From: Octopus sinensis
Lineage: Eukaryota
DNA: 64,000 bases
Direction: 5' to 3'
Assembly: GCF_006345805.1 (NCBI RefSeq)
Contig: NC_043001.1
Coordinates: 118,606,001-118,670,000, forward strand
Part shown: one piece after another, positions 58,245 through 64,000 of the stretch
Numbering within the stretch: position 1 is the stretch's first letter
Layout: each line of letters opens with the position of its first letter
Position numbers and translations under genes: made by a program
The notes under the pieces: generated by a model
The model's input: only the letters and a program-made list of their open reading frames with translations
The model's database searches: none
What the model was told of the DNA's origin: nothing

Positions 58245-58910
58245 AAATATAAATATATGCATATATGTACATACCTACATATATATACATGCATATATGG
58301 GTACAGGGCATCAAAAAAACATAGACAGACTGAGAAACGACAACATAAAAAACAAAAACATAGAAAACGAACTTTTTTTCAAACAACGTAAAACAAACAG
58401 AGAAACGAGACATGCAACATATAGAATATTCCCTTCATCAGTTGTCCCCTGTTTTATCTACTCCGCATTTCAAAGGTAAGGACAAGACGTGACTTTGTTA
58501 AAACAATCCTTCCCACAAAGCAAATTAAATACAATTTGGGATTTTTTGCAGAGGATGAAAGTGGTAACAAAAACAGGAGAGTGAGAACAAAACAGTAAAA
58601 ACAAACGGTGAGGGCTGTAAAGGTGATGTGAAGGGGTGGAGGCTGGAAAAACGAGCTTTGAGAAGAGACAGATAAAAGCATGTCTTGTCTTTAGGAAGGA
58701 AGTAGAAGAAAGAATGGCCGTTGGTCATGTGTGAGCAACAAGAGTCAAGGAGGATTTGAAACGTGAAGTAAATAAAACAGGGGACAACTGATTAAAGGAA
58801 TGTTCTTTATGTCTCGTTTCTCTGTTTGTTTTTTTGATGTCCTGTACTCATATATGCATGTATATATACATATATATTAGGTATGTACATATATGTATAT
58901 ATTTATATAT
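58245..58910. mobile_element. Inverted-repeat (foldback) element in TA-rich site, probably Penelope-derived
   Basis: Left arm ...catgcatatatgggtacagggcatcaaaaaaac...cagagaaacgagacat...ttcatcagttgtcccctgtttta is mirrored by taaaacaggggacaactgatta...atgtctcgtttctctg...tttttgatgtcctgtactcatatatgcatg. Family assignment is inference. Confidence 0.6.
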
Positions 58911-60197
58911 ATCATTATATGATGAATACCACACATCCTTTTCCAAGTAAGTTTTATCTATCTATCTATATATATATGTATATATAGTCTTTAGGTTACA
59001 AATGGGATCCATTCTTATGTCTGGTCTGTAAGTCAAAGCAGTTACATATGATATGGTTTATAACTAGTAACAGAAAAATGTTTGTCTTAGTACACTACTG
59101 TGTTAAGTCTTGTTTCAAAGCTTTACTGTACTGTAGAATGTATCTATAAAATTTCATCCAACATTATGTAGTTGACAGAGGTAAACAACATGTTTTTATA
59201 TAGCAAAATGAACTGATCTAATTAATTCCAACTAAATTTGAGAAAGGATGACAATGATAATAAAAAATATAAAATAAATTCAAATACTTTTCTGCCTGTT
59301 TTCATTTTATATCATATTTTGCTAGTTAAATGTTTCCAATGGGATAATCACAGCTTCACTGCATTTATGATAGGGAGTGTCAAGGGACCGTCTCTGCAAC
59401 TTGGGCAGAACAAATTTTTATTCTAAAGCATTGGTTTTTTTTTGCCAGAATTTATATACATGCATGCACACACACACAAAGAGTATTGTAAGTGGTTTAT
59501 GCCTAAAAAATTCCACTTACAATACAATGGCCAGCTGAAGGTTATGGTGGAAAATACTTGCCAAGTGTTGTGCAGTGGGATTGAAACTGGAACCACATTG
59601 GTAGTTTAGTGAAAGATGAACTAAGTGCAAAATAAATATCCTGTTTAATTCGTACACTATCCATAAAGAATCCATTGGATTGCTTCTCAACTTTGGTTTC
59701 TTGGTGTTTCACCTTTTAAAGGTAAGTCTTCCAATAAAGTCTAGTAGCTATTTTGCCTAGGTAAACCTAGCTGATGTAGGAATAATGTTATACCCACCGA
59801 CCCCCTCCCCCCCCCAAAAAAAAATACCTGGAGTGAATTTGATCTCAAGCCAGTTTCTTTCTATCTAGTTTCATGATTGATGTATTTCAAGGGGTCCAAA
59901 TATATATATAAAAAAAAAGGACTGAAATATTCATATTTAATAAACTGAAAGCACACAAATAAATAAATAAATAAATAAATAAAAACAAGAAAATTTCTGG
60001 GTGTCAAAGCATGTCTTTTTTTTTTCTTTTTTAATATAAATATAAATATTAGTTCCTTTGAAACTTGATGATCTGAGCTGCAGAGAGAGAAGTTTTCAAA
60101 AAAGTTCAATGTAATCTCTACAGCATTAGTTAACACATAACTACTCTTTCAAAAAGGGGTTTTAGCATACTTTAGATAAGCATAAACATTTCGAATA

Positions 60198-61559
60198 TTA
60201 AGATGTTTTCTTTTTACGCTTTTTTTGAACAAGATAATTACCACTTTCAATAAAGTGAGGTCTTGGCCGTTCGTAATTAAACCCAGCGATTTTTTCAATG
60301 TTTTCAGATGTCAGTGGTCGAAGGATAATACCAGTAATGGCACTAATTTGGTTTTCACGAATCGTGAAACGTTGTCCTGATAAGAATACCATCGGTTTTC
60401 TCAGCAAGATCTTTGTTTTTAAAGTATCGCCTGGCATAATCAAAGGTGTATTGTCCGGTAGATACACACAACAAGAAATATTCCAAGTTGCACTGTATAA
60501 CAGTTGGATATACTTGTGGCTAATAGGTTTATTACGTCCTCCTTCAGCTGGAGTAAGAACGTAAATTTGCGCTTCAAACATATCATATTGTTTAAAAGTG
60601 TTAGGCTGAGCCAAAAACATACCTCGTATCACAGCTTCTTGGCGCATACCCCTTAGAAGCGCCCCTGCATTGTCACCGGCTGAACAAGATAAAACTGAAT
60701 TTTTGAAAATTTGTATATCAGATACAACAGATTTTAAAGAAGCACCGTGTCCCAGTATATCAACATTATTACCCTTTTTTAAAATACCTTGCTGGACAGT
60801 TCCGACGGCAACAGTACCCCGTCCTTTAATCGCTACAACCGAATCTACGGGGAAAAGAAACGGTGCTTCTACATTTCGATCAGGAATAATTATATAGTCA
60901 TCCATTGCTGTAATTAAGTTTTTAATGGACTTCTCAAATTGGGACACACCATTCAAAGCCTGAAGAGCCGATCCTAAAACAACGGGTGTGTTTTTCCCAT
61001 CAAAGCCATACTCGTCTAACAATTCCCGAGTCTCTATTTCCACGAGTTCAGCTAATTCAGAATCAACTAAATCAATCTTATTGAGGAAAATAACAATTCT
61101 TTCAATTCCTATTTGTTTTGCTAAAAGGAGATGTTCGCGGGTTTGCGGCATCGTTCCATCCGTGGCAGCAACCACCAAAATAGCTGCATCCATCTGCGAG
61201 GCACCCGTAATCATATTCTTGATGTAATCGACGTGGCCTGGACAGTCTATGTGAGCATAATGTCGACATAAACTTTCATACTGAACGAGAGCTGTGTTGA
61301 TAGTAATTCCGCGCAGTCTTTCCTGGGGTGCGCGATCGATGTCTTCGTAGCAAGTGAACTTCGTCAAACCCTCTTTGGAAAGGACTTTAGTAATAGCAGC
61401 AGTTAAAGTCGTCTTACCGTGGTCTATATGGCCGATCGTACCCACGTTGCAGTGTTCTTTATTCGACAGTTTACTGGAGAATTTTCTGTGAAGATGTCTT
61501 CCTAATTTACGAATCCCTAATAAACCCTTCCTCGCGCAAAGACCGTAAACTAAGGCCAT
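60198..61559 (-). CDS. TUFM: Mitochondrial elongation factor Tu (TUFM family), intronless and divergent; possibly a second (EF-Tu2-like) paralog
   Basis: Uninterrupted 453-aa ORF from ATG at 61559 (the track's 61568 start is a TTG). Arg/Lys/Leu-rich, acid-free N-terminus resembling a mitochondrial presequence. [23 protein letters not shown] and GSAL GTPase motifs. Domain 2 GRGTV; domain 3 EGGR, MPGD and RFTIRE. The symbol denotes the family; orthology to the main TUFM is not established. Confidence 0.93.
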   Translation of the reverse strand: MALVYGLCARKGLLGIRKLGRHLHRKFSSKLSNKEHCNVGTIGHIDHGKTTLTAAITKVLSKEGLTKFTCYEDIDRAPQERLRGITINTALVQYESLCRHYAHIDCPGHVDYIKNMITGASQMDAAILVVAATDGTMPQTREHLLLAKQIGIERIVIFLNKIDLVDSELAELVEIETRELLDEYGFDGKNTPVVLGSALQALNGVSQFEKSIKNLITAMDDYIIIPDRNVEAPFLFPVDSVVAIKGRGTVAVGTVQQGILKKGNNVDILGHGASLKSVVSDIQIFKNSVLSCSAGDNAGALLRGMRQEAVIRGMFLAQPNTFKQYDMFEAQIYVLTPAEGGRNKPISHKYIQLLYSATWNISCCVYLPDNTPLIMPGDTLKTKILLRKPMVFLSGQRFTIRENQISAITGIILRPLTSENIEKIAGFNYERPRPHFIESGNYLVQKKRKKKTS

Positions 61560-61993
61560 TCTTGCCAAGGGTCACCCTTCAACCGACAGCGTCACCTGGT
61601 GGTTCGCACTGCAAGTCCGATAACTCTAAATTACTATCTCCCTGTTGCTGGGGATCGTAACAACAACGATTTCTTAACGATTTTATAATAACAACAATAG
61701 CAATACTAACACAGCGTAGTTCATGGAATACATATGTGAACAGGGTTACGAGGTTACCTTCGCCTACACGGTGCTCTTAAGTACATATAACTAAGAGATT
61801 GACTATGAAATCAAAACAGAGGAAATACAAAAATAAACATGGGTATCACGAAATAACGAAACGAATCTATAAAAAGCTTAAAAATCACTTTTAAGTGCCA
61901 TTAATACAGATTTTTCTTTTTAATTGCTGAACAACCCAGTTGTTTGAAATTATTACACTTGACGATCACTCCCCCCACTCCCGCCTAAACACA

Positions 61994-63261
61994 CATGTAT
62001 GTATGTATGTATGTATGTATGTATGTATGTATGTATGTATGTATGTATGTATGTATGTACGTACGTACGTATGTATGTATGTATGTATGTATGTATGTAT
62101 GTATGTATGTATGCATGTATGTATGTATGCATGTATGTATGCATGTGTGTATGTATGTATGCATGTATGTATGTATGTATGTATGTATGTATGTATGTAT
62201 GTATGTATGTATGTATGTATGTACGTACGTATGTATGTATATATGTATGTATACATGTATGTATGCATGTGTGTATGTATGTATGTATGTATGTATGTAT
62301 GTATGTATGTATGTATGCATGTATGTATGCATGTATGTATGTATGCATGTATGTATGCATGTGTGTATGTATGTATGTATGTATGTATGTATGTATGTAT
62401 GTATGTATGTATGCATGTATGTATGTATGTACGTACGTATGTATGTATGTATGTATGTATGTATGTATGTATGTTTGTATGTGTGTATGTATGTATGTAT
62501 GTATGCATGTATGTATGTATGCATGTATGTATGCATGTGTGTATGTATGTATGTATGTATGTATGTATGTATGTATGTATGCGTGTATGTATGCATGTGT
62601 GTATGTATGTATGTATGTATGTATGTATGTATGTATGTATGCATGTATGTATGTATGCATGTATGTATGCATGTGTGTATGTATGTATGTATGTATGTAT
62701 GTATGTATGCATGTATGTATGTATGTACGTACGTATGTATGTATGTATGTATGTATGTATGTATGTATGCGTGTATGTATGCATGTGTGTATGTATGTAT
62801 GTATGTATGTATGTATGTATGTATGCATGTATATATGTATGTATGTATGTATGTTTGTATGTGTGTATGTATACATGTATGTATGTATGTATGTATGCAT
62901 GTATATATGTATGTGTGTATGTATGTATGCATGTATGTATGTATGTATGTATGTTTGTATGTGTGTATGTATGTATGCATGTATGTATGTATGTATGCAT
63001 GTATATATGTATGTATGTATGCATGTATGTATGTATGTATGTATGTATGTATGTATGTATGCATGTATGTATGTACGTACGTATGTATGTATGTATGTAT
63101 GTATGTATGTATGTATGTATGCGTGTATGTATGTATGTATGTATGTATGTATGTATGCATGTATATATGTATGTATGTATGTATGTATGTACGTACGTAT
63201 GTATGTATGTATGTATGTATGTATGAATGTATGTATGTATGTTTGTATGTATGTATGCATG

Positions 63262-63294
<33 letters not shown>

Positions 63295-63557
63295 GTGTAT
63301 GTATGTACGTACGTATGTATGTATGTATGTATGTATGTATGTATGTATGTATGTATGTATGAATGTATGTATGTATGTTTGTATGTATGTATGTATGCAT
63401 GTATGTATGTATGCATGTATGTATGCATGTGTGTATGTATGTATGCATGTATATATGTATGTATGTATGTATGTTTGTATGTGTGTATGTATGTATGCAT
63501 GTATGTATGTATGTATGTATGCATGTATATATGTATGTGTGTATGTATGTATGCATG

Positions 63558-63591
<34 letters not shown>

Positions 63592-63927
63592 TGTATGTAT
63601 GTATGTAGGTATGTACGTACGTACGTACGTACGTATGTATGTATGTATGTATGTATGTATGTATGTATGTATGAATGTATGTATGTATGTATGTATGTAT
63701 GTATGTATGTATGTATGTATGAATGTATGTATGCATGTATGTATGTATGTATGTTTGTATGTATGTATGTATGTATGTATGTATGTATGTATGTATGTAT
63801 GCATGCATGCATGTATGTATGTATGTATGTATGTATGTATGTATGTATGTATGCATGCATGTATGTATGTATGTATGTATGTATGTATGTATGTATGTAT
63901 GTATGTACGTACGCACGCACGCACGCA
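61994..63927 (+). repeat. About 1.9-kb (TATG)n satellite with interspersed variants (CATG, TACG, TGTG, TTTG, AATG)
   Basis: Direct reading; source of all 400-670-aa MYVC/HTYI pseudo-ORFs. Confidence 0.98.
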
Positions 63928-64000
63928 CACCCACATACAGTGCATATTAATAAAAATCAACAATGAAATAAAATACAAACCCTTTGTAAGAAAACGATAA

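Noticed and set aside
60198-61559. Bacterial contamination or horizontal transfer as the origin of the intronless tuf-like ORF
   Set aside because: It has a mitochondrial-presequence-like N-terminus, mitochondrial-type domain 3 features, AT-rich codon usage and host-type microsatellite flanks, with no operon neighbours.
61940-64000. Several 250-670-aa ORFs (MYVC... / HTYI...)
   Set aside because: Translations of a stop-free (TATG)n satellite in multiple frames and on both strands.

Overview
AT-rich, microsatellite- and SINE-dense animal genomic DNA with spliceosomal introns. The repeat families and overall texture point to an octopus or other coleoid cephalopod (inference, not verified). Four protein-coding genes are supported by translation plus phase-compatible GT-AG junctions. 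(1) The last three exons of a protein ending in a von Willebrand A domain with an intact MIDAS motif (+, 1381-5393). (2) A two-coding-exon RING/TRAF-zinc-finger E3 ligase with an approximately 850-aa acidic disordered tail (+, 28101-37746, about 1053 aa). (3) A six-exon short-chain dehydrogenase, DHRS7B-like (+, 44293-55770, 306 aa). (4) An intronless mitochondrial EF-Tu (-, 60198-61559, 453 aa) with a remodelled aminoacyl pocket and a basic C-terminal extension, the most interesting gene here and a candidate specialised EF-Tu2-like paralog. Between the genes lie a decayed mariner, a stack of three Tx1/L1-type non-LTR elements, RTE and Penelope fragments, many SINEs, several MITEs with readable target-site duplications, three tRNA-like sequences and a 1.9-kb (TATG)n array. 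One of the three stacked elements may be ORF1-only, and the Penelope fragment has a minimal hammerhead ribozyme motif downstream. Almost all other ORFs in the supplied track are artefacts of simple repeats. Repeat boundaries were read by eye and may be off by a few bases.
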